Positions 12,063 to 25,852 of a stretch of 64,000 nucleotides of DNA are shown here, piece by piece. The notes under the pieces were generated by a model, which had not been told where the DNA came from, ran no database searches, and saw only the letters and a list, made by a program, of their open reading frames with translations. Where the stretch lies: contig ML978123.1 in NCBI GenBank assembly GCA_010015805.1, positions 372,001 through 436,000 on the forward strand. The letters are read 5' to 3'. The first letter of the stretch is position 1. Each line of letters begins with the position of its first letter. Position numbers and translations under genes: made by a program. This DNA comes from Rhizodiscina lignyota. Lineage: Eukaryota.

Positions 12063-12617
12063 ATGTCTTTCCCCACGACAAACGCCTTCATCCACTACAT
12101 CAAAGGCTGGGATGACACGACTCGCTCTCATCCTTGTATGAAGTGGTTCGAAGACTACACAATGCTCTTCAATTCCAAAGAAATGTTCGACAAGAAATAT
12201 TCCGAATGGCACACAGACGACTATAAGTACCAAAAGTCCACCGGCGAAGTCATCAAGGGCGGTGCCGAGGCATTTGAAGCAGTCAAACAGACGTACGCAC
12301 CTTTTAAAGGAACGAACCATGAGCCCAACTGGCTCTGCTGCTGGGAAACTGAGCAGGGCTGGGAGATGGTCGGGCAGGCTGTCATGTTTGGGAATCTCCA
12401 GGCGCCAGGAGGCAGTGGCCAAGTCCATGCGGATATGAAGGGAGACAAGTGGGATGTCGCCATTCCGAGCGCATTTCATTTTGAATATGTAAAGGATCCT
12501 TCTGGTCCTTCTCCGGGAATCAAGCTTAAGAGGACCGAGGTCTTCGGTGACTCTGCTCCAGTGGTCGTCGAGATGCTTAAGAGGGGCATGTTGAAGCCGG
12601 AACAGCTTTTGAGTTGA
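12063..12617 (+). CDS. Conserved fungal hypothetical protein, probable SnoaL/NTF2-like fold
   Basis: Intronless 184-aa ORF with a TATA (TATATAA, about 11957) upstream. The ending TEVFGDSAPVVVEMLKRGMLKPEQL resembles a fungal SnoaL-like family; the fold is an inference. Confidence 0.75.
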   Translation: MSFPTTNAFIHYIKGWDDTTRSHPCMKWFEDYTMLFNSKEMFDKKYSEWHTDDYKYQKSTGEVIKGGAEAFEAVKQTYAPFKGTNHEPNWLCCWETEQGWEMVGQAVMFGNLQAPGGSGQVHADMKGDKWDVAIPSAFHFEYVKDPSGPSPGIKLKRTEVFGDSAPVVVEMLKRGMLKPEQLLS

Positions 12618-13494
12618 TAGAGAAGCCTGAGATCCTTAAAGGGGGAGATGTTTTCTCGATCATCTAGAAAGATATCATTATGAGACAAGCACCGATTTTA
12701 CACAATTGTTCCGGATCCGTCAAGCTTCGCAGATTGCACCCCAAAGCAGAGTGGTAGGAGCCACATCGTGAATAATTTTTCTGGCCATGCTCCATCGTTT
12801 ATAATTATTACAGGCGAATTCAGTAGTTTCTCCGAGGGATCTAGTTGAATGATGATATTCACAAGGATGGTGAGGTTGCCGAGTGCGTGAGACGAATCCA
12901 TTTGGACGAACGCTTATGATAACGTGGATGCACAAATCCCCCAGACTGGATCAGTGAGTAAAGAAAGTGCCGAGAAAAGAAAATGCAGCCCTGAAAATAT
13001 TTTCTGAGCGCACGGTGTGACAGACGCTTTGATCGTGTGACAGCAAAGGCAGAAAGGCTCTTTTCCACCACGAAAGGCCGAATCTTGCCCTGCTTGCCGA
13101 TCTCGCATCCGCACCCTGCCTTCAGGGCCTTTGTTAAGCTCGTCAACTCTCGCCTTCTCCAGCTCGCATTACCAACCAACTCCACGGCTGGTTAATTCCT
13201 GATTTCGGGGTGAGTTCGTCTGAAACGGCAGGGGACTGTTTCCGCCGCCCCGAGAACCGCCTGGTATTACTCTGTGACCCTGTCTCAGGTGGAGTTGGCA
13301 GATGTTACTCATACGTAGCTAAGCTTGTGCCAACGAGCGGCCAGCCGCCTCGCCATATACGGCTCGCCAGTCCCCGCTGGCCTCGCCACGTTCTTTACCT
13401 ACTCCTCATCTGACCTCTGGAACTACCTAACACTCTCGTGGGAGACATCGTACTTCCTTTCAAATGAGTCTCGAACGGATACCTGAATGTTGCC

Positions 13495-16009
13495 ATGCCT
13501 ATCTTTCATGACGTCTTCAGCCGGCATCCTCCGACGAGACAAGATTCCGAGGAGGAAGCCAACACGCTGAGAGAGCGTTCTAGAGGGTTGCAGAACGATG
13601 CTGCAAACATGGAACAAAGAGTTTGGGTTGACGGATCACAAGATGGGGAGGAGAGCAGGCCGATGAGCCGGGGAGAGCTTATCGACAGGATCAAAAGAGG
13701 AGAATCACCAACATGGACACTGCAGCACAATGTAAGGTTATTCGAGCAGTAATATCGAATTTATCTTACTAACAAAGATTGGGGAATAGTTCCGACAACA
13801 ATCTCCCAAGCAAGGCTCTCCCAAGAGCTCTCCTCGACCCAGCCCTACCACTCCTCTCCTTCCAGCCGCCGAAATCAACGAGGCCCCAAGAAGCACATGG
13901 CATAGTACAGACATATACCAGGCTGGCTTGGAAATTGAACGGCCAAGGTCTGCACTGCATTCTGGGGATTTCCGAGACGAGAAGCAGAATGCAGGAGAAT
14001 CAAGGCAGGATGTGGCGGATTCTTTGTCGACGTCTCCACCAGCGCCTTGGGCTTCTGGGTTTCCTTCAGCCGCATTCAAGTCATCCAGACAAGACAATCA
14101 GTATCCTCATGGCCAGTTGCCACTCTCACAGAGATCGCAAGTCAGGAGTCGTGCTACATCTCAGTCGTCCCTATCGAACTTTGTCCTCCTTCCTCCGACC
14201 AGTCCTCTGGTGAACGCTTCGAACAATACAGACCTGGACTTCTCTCCGAAACCTTTTCCTCGCCCCATTTCAAGGAGTCCGGAAAGGAATAACCGACGTC
14301 ACACTTTCTCGCCACAATCCTTCCAGGCGTATAAGAATTATGCTTCAGATCGCTTCCCAACTCCTCCAACGAGAGCTCCCTCCCTTCGTAGAGAAGGACA
14401 ACATCCTTACCAGGCACACCAACCTCGTCGATCTATCTCCTCTACTGTACAGTTGCTTCAACCTAACTCGACACCTCATACTCCTCGTCTCGGACCTCGT
14501 AGACCCTCCATCTCGTCCGAAACATCACCTCTCCATCACGCACCAATGGTCGGATCGTACGAAGAGTCTATTCTCCGTGGAAGAATGTCAACAACTCCGT
14601 CACGTCCTCTCAACTTCGTTGCTCAGATTGGCGTTCTCGGCAAAGGGAAGTGCAAGGCTAGCCTCCGCTGTCCTCCTCACGTGACTATTCCTTTTCCGGT
14701 GGTATTCTACAGCTATGGCTCCGGTAGTGGTCGCATCACGGATAATCAACCAAGTCCATATGTCGGATTAATTGACATTGAGAACTCGCTGAAAGCGAAT
14801 GACACCGACGCAGAGTCACGACCTAGGAGCAGGAGACGCCGAACCCGCTCACCCGAACTTGCAGATGGCCACTATACCAACCACGACAGATTATTATCGG
14901 CCAACAATCCAGATAGCCTAATTCGCCAGCGGAAAGCTGAAAACTACAAGCGCCGATCGCAGTCACCGCAAAAGCTTCGCGCACCTCCTGGTGGCAGCTA
15001 CCGTATACCGCCAACTGGACAGCTCCAGATCGTGATAAAGAACCCTCATAAGACGGCCGTGAAGCTCTTCCTTGTCCCTTACGACCTCTCTGATATGGAA
15101 CCTGGAACCAAGACCTTCATCCGACAACGTTCTTATTCTGCTGGACCGATCATTGATATGCCCTTGTCATCTCGCAACAATCTCGGAACGGATCGGCCAG
15201 AAGCTAGCTTGTCGAACAGCGATGACCCAAGGGATCGCCCCGTGCTACGATATCTGGTTCACCTGAATGTTTGTTGCTTGGGTCGCAAGGGTAGCGAGCG
15301 ATACTACCTGCACAAATCTATTCGGGTCGTCTTCGCAAACAGAGTCCCGGATGGAAAAGAGAAATTGCGAAACGAAGTCCAACTGCCTGAGCCGCGGTAT
15401 ACTACTTACAAGCCCATCGGAGACACCAATATCGGCCTGAACAGTCCGTCCAATAGCCTCGCACAGGAGCTTGCGAACAGAAGACGAAGTGCGGCAATCA
15501 GCCCTTTTGACCTCGGAAGACTCGATGCAATGGATGGCCTTGCTGGTACCTCGATGAATTCGGATCGCGGGAACATCGCATCTGTTGACTGGCAGAAGCC
15601 TATCTCGAGCTTGCCAAACTATCAGTCTGGAAATAGCAACGGATACGCAGGGAATCCCACGCCTGCATTGCCATTCAGCTTCCACAAGCTCGACCCAGTA
15701 GAATCCCGCCCCGCGAGCCGCGACCTCATGGACCTCGATGGCAGCAGCGACTTCCGCAGCTCAACGACCAGCTTCTCGAACTCCAATGGTGAACGTCGTC
15801 CAAGTTCACCGGTGTCGCCCCTGGGCTCCCGTGGCTTGGAACGAACCCATAGCGAGGCGTTCATCCGCAATAGCAACGGTAATCTGGAGTTGAACGAGCT
15901 GAGCAGCGGTACGACTTTTGAGTTTGCGAGATCGACGTCACCGTTAAATGGTAATGGGGGAGCGGGACTACTTTCGAAGCGGTTCAAGGATCTGGGAAGT
16001 AAAGAGTGA
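13495..16009 (+). CDS. Atos/FAM214-like protein (DUF4210 plus chromosome-segregation domain)
   Basis: Motifs MVGSYEESILRGRMST, GQLQIVIKNPHKTAVKLFLVPYDL..M..GTKTFIRQR and LRYLVHL. Intron 13732-13789 joins the 5' exon in frame. Confidence 0.9.
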
Positions 16010-16802
16010 GTAGCGAAGAGAAGTGTGTATAGTGTACCTCACTCAAATTTCTTTTGTATGAGTGAAGGGCTTCAAGTGGCTTCCACGACTTTAATACTGG
16101 CATAGCGCGGGAAAAATTGTTTAATCATTATACCATTGATATTATTCTACGACTGTCTCTGAGCTTGAACAATGCCTTGAACGACGGCCTGACGCCAGAA
16201 TTGCACATTTGGGTTGTGAGGCCGTCGGGTTACTTTCTCTAGGCCGGTCACGGCTCCAGATTCGTTTCCAGACGCAAAGTTACGGAGAGTGCGGCTAATT
16301 CTCCATGTATGGAAAGATATAGCCGTGGGCCAGTCCGCTCTGTCAGTGCGAGTCGTTCACTTAACCATTTTCTGAGTTTTCGAACATTCCGGCTCATTCT
16401 GAAGTACATGATCCTGGACGAGGGCATGGCTGATATCTACCAGACACGCATCGGCGTAATAGTGCCTCATATCAGTCTTTACGATGTGATATGACAGTCA
16501 AAAGCAGCGCTGCTACGCGAATGATCTTCCATGGCGAAAGGATTCCGCGATTTTGGAATATTCGCAATCCATTTAAATATCCATATATCGTTCGCTCGAA
16601 CGCTTCCAAAAGTAAACCGAAGAATACATAATCCTGGCTAAACAATCATGATTCATGGCTCCCAGTGGCGAGGTACCACCGTACCACCAACTCTACTCTC
16701 GCATCGCTCGCCATGCGTCTTTACTGTGGAGAACTCTATTACATATGCAATATCGCAGCATGTTCGCTCACTCGATGGTCTCTAAGTCGGTTCCCGACTT
16801 GA

Positions 16803-17181
16803 TCAGGTTTCGCGGTCGTTGTTCGTGTGCTCGACGAGAGGAATAATGGCCTGAAGTGTATGTTCATTTGAATTGCTGCGTTGACCGAAAATGAAATTAA
16901 AAATGTATCCTCCAGCTTCGGATGCTATGAAGAATCAGTCGCGGTTCGATTACCTCTGGTAAATAAAGGAAAGGAAGCACGAGGCTGAGGAAAAATGGTT
17001 GACTGTGGAAGAAGCATGTGGAACGGAGCGCACCCTGCCTAGCTCTCTCGACTCGACTCCTCCAAGCCAGTACAGCTATGATAATAGAGATGAAAGCGAA
17101 TACTGTTGCAAAGACAATGCCGATGGTGTTGATTTCGTCGCTGTGCGACAAGGAACGTTGGCCAATAGGAGCTGGAGGCAT
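16803..17181 (-). CDS. Small single-pass membrane protein (about 89 aa), orphan
   Basis: Hydrophobic helix IGIVFATVFAFISIIIAVLAW followed by basic RSRVERARQ. A putative intron 17033-16925 (GTGCGC...CTGAT...TAG) gives a closed 90-codon frame. Confidence 0.5.
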
Positions 17182-18453
17182 GACTAGCCAGGCAGCTTTG
17201 ATGTGGTCTGTGCGAGAATTGTCCAACGAAATCGAATACGATTGATTAACGAACGGTTAATAGATCAATAACTTTTCTTGCGCCAAGTGGCGGAAAGGTT
17301 GAACTAATGTATCGCTGTGAAGCAATTCTCAAGCTTGTTCGCAGGTACGAGGATTCTTATATTTATCTTACAATCTAAGTACTTCAACAACCTACGGCAC
17401 TGCCTTGTCTGCGAGGAAGTGAGACGACGATCGGGGCTGTGCGGAGAATGGCCACCGCCAGCCCTACCACGATCAGTTTGCACGCGACGACTGGATTAAG
17501 CTATGGCGATCTCCCTTCCAAAACTCGCTGATCCATTAGATGCAGACTGTCATGTACCTCCAGGTCGCTTACTCGCCTGGTGTCGCTCTTACGGAGAGTT
17601 CTTGTCTGACTCCACGGGCTTCCAGACAGTGTCTTGAGCGAGCAGGCAACGTGTGAAGGGACAGCTTACACAGCTCGGCCTGGCGTACATTGGCGGAGAG
17701 TGGAGAAGGCGCCGCGTTGGACGCTAGCTCGCAATTTTCGCTGCTCAGGTTGCTCCCTTAAGGACACTTCTGCGTTTCCCAGCCCTCAAACCCCACTCAA
17801 GCTCTCACCTCTACCTGCATCCTTGTCTATTTCATTATTGTAGATTAAGCTGTAAAGTACTGTAACCTAGGAACTACGCACATATTTTTGGGCAGGAAGT
17901 GGATACCATTGGGAAATTCCTCGTCGCGGAAGTCGACGATGGTAAACTCTCGCTCGAGGACGAGCACAGGGCCTTCAGGTGACCGTCGGAGTCTCCTAGG
18001 ACCGCGCCATTACTTCTTCTGTGATGTACAGTGTTTGTTGTGTTGCTTTATTAGAATATGCTTCTATTCAACCCTTTATGATTTTCGGATTGAAAGGGCG
18101 CTTTGGCCTTTCCGAACATGAACCGAGCTGACAAAATGATGCGATGGGAAAATGCCGCCAAGCCCAGCGAGCTCACGGACCGATGTTAAAAGACCGAAGC
18201 AGCTCCTGGAACTAACCGAGGATGTGGGGAAGCTCTGCTTGACATCACCCTGAGCAACGTCCATCATGGTGTCTATATATTTTCTGTGCCTCGATTGGAG
18301 AAATAGCAAGATATCGAAGCATAAGTCCTTGTTCAGTTTCTCTAGCACGCTGATTCCGAGCGAAGTTCTGTCTCTGATTCGCCCTCCTTGAGCTCTTTCT
18401 TTCATTGTCTGAGACGCAAACGCTATCGAGGCGTATAATACAAGTGTAGCACA

Positions 18454-19580
18454 ATGCCGGCAGGAATATCTATACGCAAAGTTGACGGCAAGCCCGGGGA
18501 GGTCTATTACCCCCTCGAGCGCGTCAACCTCCCAAGCCAATCGCCCTCGCCCACACAAGTCAAGATCCGCATATCCGCCGCCGCCCTCAACCACCGCGAC
18601 CTCTTCATCCGTCAGCACCTCTACCCCGGCATAAGCTTCGGTGTCCCACTTCTTGCAGATGGATGCGGTACGGTCATCGCGACCGGTTCAGACCCAAGTG
18701 CAAAGAAATGGATGGGCAAGAGAGTCATCCTGAACCCAGGAACGGGATGGAAAGATAGTCCGGATGGACCGGAGGAGAAGGGTGGATATAAGATCATGGG
18801 CGGAACGAGAACAAACCCTCTGGGAACATTGATTGAGGAGTTGGTCATTGATGCAAGCGAATGCGAGGAGGCGCCGCCTCATCTGAGCGACGCGGAAGCC
18901 GCGGCGCTACCCTTGACTGGATTGACGGCGTGGAGAGCATTGAGCAAGACCCAAAGAGGACAGCCTGGGAAGAGCATTTTGGTCACCGGAATTGGTGGCG
19001 GTGTTGCACTGATGGCACTGATGTTTGCGAGCGCAGCGGGTGCAAAGGTCTACGTGAGCAGCGGAGACGAGACGAAGCTGCAGAAGGCAAAGGAGCTGGG
19101 TGCTGCAGGTGGTGTGAACTATAAGAAGGACGGATGGGAGAAGGATTTGACGGCCATGGTCGAGGGAGGCAAATTGGACGCGATTGTCGATGGAGCTGGT
19201 GGTGATATTGTCGTAAAGGGCGCGAGGATGCTGAAGGTGAGATGAATATTGGCTATTCTCGGACTGATACTAACGCTCTACAGGATGGCGGCAAGATCTC
19301 AGTGTACGGCATGACCATCAGTCCAAAAATGCAATACGTCATGCCTGTCGTGATGCGGAATATCGATGTTATGGGTTCAACTATGGGTTCGAGGAAAGAG
19401 TTCGCCGACATGGTCGAGTTTGTAACGAAGAAGCAGCTAAAGCCTGTCGTCTCAAGGGTTGTCAAGGGCATTAACGATATCGACGCTTTGGACAGCCTGT
19501 TCACAGATATGAAGCAAGGAAAGCAGTTTGGCAAGTTGGTGATTGAGCTCCCGAAGGAGGGTGAGTCGAGCAAGCTGTAA
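18454..19580 (+). CDS. Medium-chain dehydrogenase/reductase (quinone oxidoreductase-like)
   Basis: Motifs AAALNHRD, AAALPLTGLTAWRA, ILVTGIGGGVA, GSTMGSR and QFGKLVI. Intron about 19237-19283. Confidence 0.93.
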
Positions 19581-20587
19581 ATGTGGTGGATGCAATGTTG
19601 ATACCTTGGAGATGTAGATACCTCATAAAGGATATATCATCAAGTCGAATAAATGTCCAGGCGAAAGTAGTAAAATTCTACGTCCTCACGTAGTCGTTGC
19701 GGTTCAACAGCCTGGTGAAGCAGGCGCACGTGGCAATGGAGGCTCATGTAGCTTCATCCACTTCCCCACATACAGCATCCCGAAGTCGAGACGAGGCTGA
19801 TCTTCAAAAGGTCCATTGCGGGCTGTCTACTTAATACAGTCGGCACTTTCATAATTCCTTATAATGATCACTATCATTCGACAAACATTAGAGTTCACTG
19901 GCCACAAGGCGTTGTAATCAATTCATAGTCGAGACTACAGCTCTCCTGTCAATGCGTTAAACTTCTACGAGGCAGTTTCATGGCGAACCATATATCGTAT
20001 TATTTCCTCGCACCTCCCTGAGACTACGATCCGCCACCAGACTGTCCGATTAGACTCGGCAACGTAATCGCTTCTCTGAAAAGGCCGGAACAGCCGCTTT
20101 ACACGCGTGATATCGGAGGGCCCATGAGGTTATTTCATTGAAGCAGAGATATGTACAATATTCTAAAGAGAAACTTTCAGTTGATCAAGCTTGAACCATC
20201 ACAGGTTATTAAGTGATCATGGTACGAGCATTTGTTTACCAGTATGTTAACCTGGGACTATGGAGCCTTTGAGAACGCTCATTTCGCTCTTTTCCCTTAG
20301 GGCAGAGACGGGGGCCGGTTTGATATTTGCTCCGTTGTAAAGACTATCTGCCCGATCCCGCCGGAAGCAGAAGGCATTTTATTAAAATGGGATATGTGGA
20401 AGGAGGAGCCAAAATCGGAGAGATATTCGTGTTGCGCTAACCCAAAATATTCGGCAGTTACCCAAATGGTTCGGCAGCCGGCCATCGTCGCCCGACAGGT
20501 CCTTTGGCGTATAATAATATCTAATATATACTTTATCCATGGAGAAGACGGATTCTTGAATACAATCAATCGTTCATATAGTTGGCC

Positions 20588-20623
20588 GCAATTATCTTTG
20601 TGGTGCAATTATCTTTGTGGTGC
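20588..20623 (+). repeat. Perfect 17-bp tandem duplication (GCAATTATCTTTGTGGT x2) upstream of the opsin-related gene
   Basis: Read directly from the sequence. Each unit contains TTATC, a GATA core. Confidence 0.85.
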
Positions 20624-20718
20624 CATCACCAAAAGAAGCCACTCACGCCCTCCTTTCACTACCACCACTTGTTGCGGTCCGATTCAGAACAGACGTTTTC
20701 GGTCATCTTGGAGACACA

Positions 20719-21658
20719 ATGGTTTTCATACCACGAGGGAATGACGTCCTCAACACTAACCCGGCAACGGGAGTCGACGAGGCCTTGTCTCTACACGGAT
20801 CCGACTGGCTTTGGGCGGTCACAGCCATCTACATAGTCTCTTTCGTGAGTAACGGGCCCGATTCATACGATCACTAACTTTCAAAGGCCCAATCTTGTGT
20901 TCATGCGCTTACAGTCCTCTTCTCTGTAGCTTGGCCTCTTAAGCCTCTGTTTCACCGCCCGCGAGAGCGACAGGGTCTTCCACTACCTCTACACCATGGC
21001 CCTCCTCGTTGGTGCTGTAACATACTTCGCCCAGGCCTCCGATCTGGGTTGGAGCGCTGTTGAGCAGGCCGACCATCTCGGCCACGGCATGATCCGCCAG
21101 ATTTTCTTCGCAAAGTACATAAACTGGGTCGTCGCTTTTCCTTCGTTCGCCCTGGGGCTCGGTCTGTTGTCAGGCATCTCATGGGTGACTATCGTCCTCA
21201 ACATCTTCATCTCGTGGTTCTGGACCCTCGCATATCTTGCCGCTGCTTACACCTCTACCGACTATAAGTGGGGCTTCTTCGCCTTCGGCACGTTCTCGTG
21301 GATCATCCTTGCAATGAGTACGCTCAATGAGTGTCGTGAAGCGGCGAATCTCCTTGGTGTCGGTCGCGACTACATCATGCTGGCAGGATATTTGAACGTC
21401 CTGTGGGTACTATATCCCATTGCGTTTGCACTGAGTGATGGTGGCAATATCATCAGTGTTACTAGCGGCTTCATCTTCTTCGGCATCCTCGATGTGCTCA
21501 TGTTGCCGGTCTTGAGCTTTGCGTTCGTGATCATGGGACGCAAATGGGACTTTGGCAAGCTGAATCTCGCTTTCAGCGATTACCGCGTCCACCGAGAGGG
21601 AGCAGTTTCTGGTGGGAAGGAGGTGGCACCAGCTGTCGACGAGGCCTCAGTTTCGTAA
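20719..21658 (+). CDS. Opsin-related 7-TM protein (Hsp30/Yro2/FDD123 family) lacking the retinal-binding lysine
   Basis: Motifs GSDWLWAVTAI, YFAQASDLGW, RQIFFAKYINW, YKWGFF and LYPIAFALSDGGN. Helix G reads LDVLMLP, with no Schiff-base K. Intron 20845-20929. Confidence 0.93.
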
Positions 21659-22175
21659 ATGCATCAAGAACAATGGATTGCGGTGGCCTGAGACGCTGTT
21701 GATGTGAGGTGCCCCTTAGTTCCTTTGTGCATCGAAGCCAGTCTCATACTGGGTGAGGATATTGTTCGAGAGGAGGAAGATGGTTGTAAGAGTAGAGTCG
21801 GAAGTTCACCCCTGTCCATTTCTTTAACGATTGTTTTCAATAATCTTGGCGGATATTAGAAATAATTTAGAATAGGTATGGTCTGTAGCGTTGGCGAAGC
21901 TATGAAGCCAAAGTCTTTGCACTGAAAAGAAAACCGACGAGAATGCGATAAGATTTGACAGCGTTGAAAGGTTGAAGGCAAGATGAGATAAAGACCAATT
22001 CGAAGCCCTAGAAAAGAAGTACTCACATCGATCCTCATTAATTCTTGGGAGCTACAGATTCCCATCGAGTGGCCCCACCTCGTTCATGGCCGCGATTTGA
22101 TGTGAGATTCGCTCATGCAATTATCATGCGCCTTTGCAAACTTGTTTCAGAAATCTCCTACAGAGCAATGCGGCA

Positions 22176-24988
22176 TCACCAGTTTCCGTAACCAGGAGCA
22201 GAGCCACCATCTTCTGCAAATGGGAGCAGGGTGCTCCACAATTCCAGGTCTTCATCCGGAAGCCATCCGAAGAATTCGTCCTCCTGTAAGGTAATGATCA
22301 GAGTCGTGCAAGAACACAATTAGTGAAATGGGTAAGAATATGACGCAGAAAGGAAGGAAGCGCTTGAGCAATGCGGAAGCGACTGTGGAACTGTAGGAGT
22401 AACGTACATTTCGAGTTAGAGCAGCTGTGCCACCGGCATCTACTTCATTTGGAAATCGGCCGGCCGGTGGTGTAATCATGTCGTCTGCTGTGTCTCTCGT
22501 TTTGTCGATCCCTTGTCGCTTGTTGTTCTCATTCTTTTGATCTACGGCCAGACGAGCGTAGTGGCACACCTCTCTTGCAAAAGACAACTTCAACTCGAAC
22601 TCAGTGGCGAACTCGACGTTGGAAAAATATCCAGCTGCCACATCTGGACATTTGTCAGCCGCTTCTGCTTGAAGGTAATAGGACAGACACAAGCGGGAAC
22701 GCTATCGGACACGCATGGAGCAATGCTCAGGGTGCTCTAGTATCGCCTATGGTGTTTGACAAGAAGATCAATCCCAGATACGTACCTAAAAGCGCCACAT
22801 CTGACTGAGTTGTGGTCGTACTTGTGCCTCGGAGGACGTGAATGAAAAGATGAATAAAACTGTACACTGGGCTGTATAGGGCAATCCTGTCATTCCGTTA
22901 GCATGCTTTGACCAGTCTGGTCACCCAAGCGACCCTCGCGTGGATCCTGGGGCAAGATGAAGGTATGAAGAATGCTTACAGCGCGGAACAGCTGGCGTCG
23001 ACACGTATTTGCCTAGTTGCAAGGATGGCCGATCGTGAAGCCTGAGCTACAGCGTTCAATGAAGCATCGCTCTGAGCAGAAGCAGCTGTATCTTGCATTG
23101 CATAAGTATAAATGCTCGACCATGGGTAAGCCAAAGGAGTATTTATGTCCAATAAAAGGCAGTAGTAATGACACTGGAGCGATTGCGCTTGACGCAGGGT
23201 CATACCATGTGGCAACTGGGAAATCTCGAGTGGATTGTCAAGAGAGAACTCATGCTGTACAGAACATTTCAGCTCATGGAGTCCCTTGTTTAGATCGCGG
23301 ACATTCTCAATCAGTTGATCGGGAGGTTGTCGCAGGGCGCGTGCGCTTGAGAGGCGCTTCTTGGCGTTAGAGGAGAGCTGCATCAGCTTGATGAGTATGT
23401 GACAATAAACCGTGCTACTATGCTGTTTGTTCGAGGCACTTTGCGGAACGTGACAGCTAATCTCGTCGTCATCCATGACCTGGAGAAGAGTTAGCTTTGC
23501 CCAATAGCTACACACATATCCAGAATACACACCGATGGGCGACCGGGCCGTGAGCAAATATGTTTCTCTAAGCAATAGATTGACCAGAACATCCAATTTC
23601 TATGCTCGACTTCATGCAGCGAGAGATTCCAAGAGCGAGCAGGCTGCCTGTGCAATCCTTTTGAACAGGCGAGCCGCATTGCATTTGAGCACAGCATGTA
23701 CTGCAAAGATGTCTTCCCCAAGCCTTCACTGTAATATGCCTGCGAACACGTCAATACTAGAGCACCACAACTCAGCCGAGGAAAATTCTTACCATCAGGG
23801 CCAATGCTTGTACTGCCACCATAGAAGCACGCACGAGCAGTATCTCTGTGTGAACCGAAAGCGCATTTTCGAAAAAGGCCCATGAGGCCTGTGAAACTTC
23901 ACGAAAACTAGCTGTCTTGGAGAGTACTATTCGACACCCAGATGCCCAGATGACGTTGCGCAGTGCGTACCAAGCCTTGTCGTCAGGTATCGTGCCATTG
24001 AAGTGCGCGCGAAGCCGAGATTCAAACCAAGGACGCTCGACTATGCCAAAAGCCTCCTCGGGTGTCTCTTCAAAGTATGCTGTGAGAGAGACATTAGTAA
24101 CGACCACGAATCAACACAATAAGCCCATGGGCAGATTACCCTTTGCGTATTGCCATGCAAGCTCAGGCAAGGGTTCTGGTGCGCGCGAAGCTGATAGCGG
24201 GCCGCCCATCTTCAGCATTCGGGCAATGTCTGTAACAAGCCGTACTGCTACGTTACGATATTCGGGTGAGTTTACCCTTGAGATGACCCATTCCACTCCG
24301 AGCTGTGAACAAAAGGATACAAGACATCGCGGACCTGTACTCAGTCAGTACTGCCATACATTTACAGAGTGGAATATTTACATGCCGTAGTACTCGAGAT
24401 CCGGCTGATAGAATCGTGTCAGCGTGGCGATCGTAAGTGCTTGTAGGCTTAAACTTACCGTCTCTTTGACATAGACACTGCTGTCCTCCTGTTCTGTATT
24501 TTGCACGTCAACGACATCTGGAGATGGGTCACTATCCTGTAAGGGTATGCTCGTTTGATCGCTTGATTGTGGATGGATAGGCGTCAGCGATTGTGGTATG
24601 CTGGATCCAGTTTGACTTTGCCGCGTTTCCAGACCGAGATCTTGTGACACATGCTGCAGTTTCGAGATTCCAGTCCCAGTTCCCAGTAAGGCTTCGAGTT
24701 GCTGAACACGACGAGACAAATCTGCCGAGTCATGATTTTTGCTACCTTGGGTCCGTGAGCGACGTGTATCGGTCACTACGCATTCTTCACCGCGATCAAG
24801 GCAGTTGGCACATGGGATGCTCCCATTACCTACATGCACGATGAGCAAGCCTGTCCGGGGACTCAGGTTTTCCGTGTGGTAGACATACATCGGATCTTTT
24901 TAGCTCTGCAGTAATTACATGCCGTTGTTCGCCGAGATTTGCCTATAATCCGTATACCGCTTGAACGGCCCTGAGAGGCCTGCTCCAT
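22176..24988 (-). CDS. Zn(II)2Cys6 transcription factor with Fungal_trans domain, multi-exon
   Basis: Spliced zinc cluster ACNYCRAKKIR|CNGSIPCANCLDRGEEC. Middle-homology region GLHR...EHRNWMFWSIYCLEK...GRP. Acidic C-terminus ending ...DLELWSTLLP...GNW*. Internal exon boundaries are approximate. Confidence 0.9.
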
Positions 24989-25852
24989 AGTGTGGGCGTT
25001 GGAAAGGGATGGTCGAGGAGAAAGTAGAACGTTTGACTGGTCCGCATATGGACCCCTGCCATTGTCTTGAGTGGTTACCCTATCGTCCCAATGTAAGCAA
25101 AATCACGTCCAGCTCAGTCTCTATATAGATTCCATCGCTATCGGACACTGCCATCTGGTCGTCTCCGTCCACTTTGGCTGGAAGTCAGATATGTACTAAG
25201 TTCCCGCGATTTTGCCGAGTTTACTGCGACAAAACACCATTCAGCCCCCCAAGATATCCAGATACGGAGTGTGCGTGTCAGAGCGCCCTCGCAATCTCAA
25301 ACATTTCATTGCTCGCTTCTTGTCCAGTACTATTTTTGCGCGCCGCACCCAGCTACTGTGCTCTACGGCCGTTCTCGACATGACACAGCATAGTAGGGCC
25401 TCCAGAGTTGCCAACAGTGTTACTTGTTCTCGCGGGTATCCTACACTGGGATAAAATAGACATATTTCGCTCTGGTGGGAATTGCGCTAACACTATTTGT
25501 CCAATTCATTGTCCTTCTCAATAATAGTGCTGGGGCAAAGGCGAATGCCACATACCTTTTCGGACTAGGCACGGACGAAGTACGGACGAGAAAGTCGCAT
25601 CTATGAACAAACAAGCAAAGTTTGAATATAGGACGAACATTTCTGTATTTCCAAAGTAAACAAGGAACACAGATGGGCCAGTACTGCCGTAAATCGAGCT
25701 GGTCCATGCGGAGAGTTACCGCACTCGGAAGTGAAGGTCGGTGTATTCGGCGTAATTCTGACACAGTTTTGACCTCGCATATCTCGACCCATCTGCTCGC
25801 AACTATGTTGTTTTCTTCACTCCATTTTATGTAGGATCCTTTCCTGCGAAAG

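Noticed and set aside
18076..18255. Stem-loop (TTCGG...AAAGG/CCTTTCCGAA) and C/D-box-like ATGATG...CTGA
   Set aside because: Box C is imperfect, and I could not verify a terminal stem or rRNA guide. An Infernal/snoscan search would be needed.
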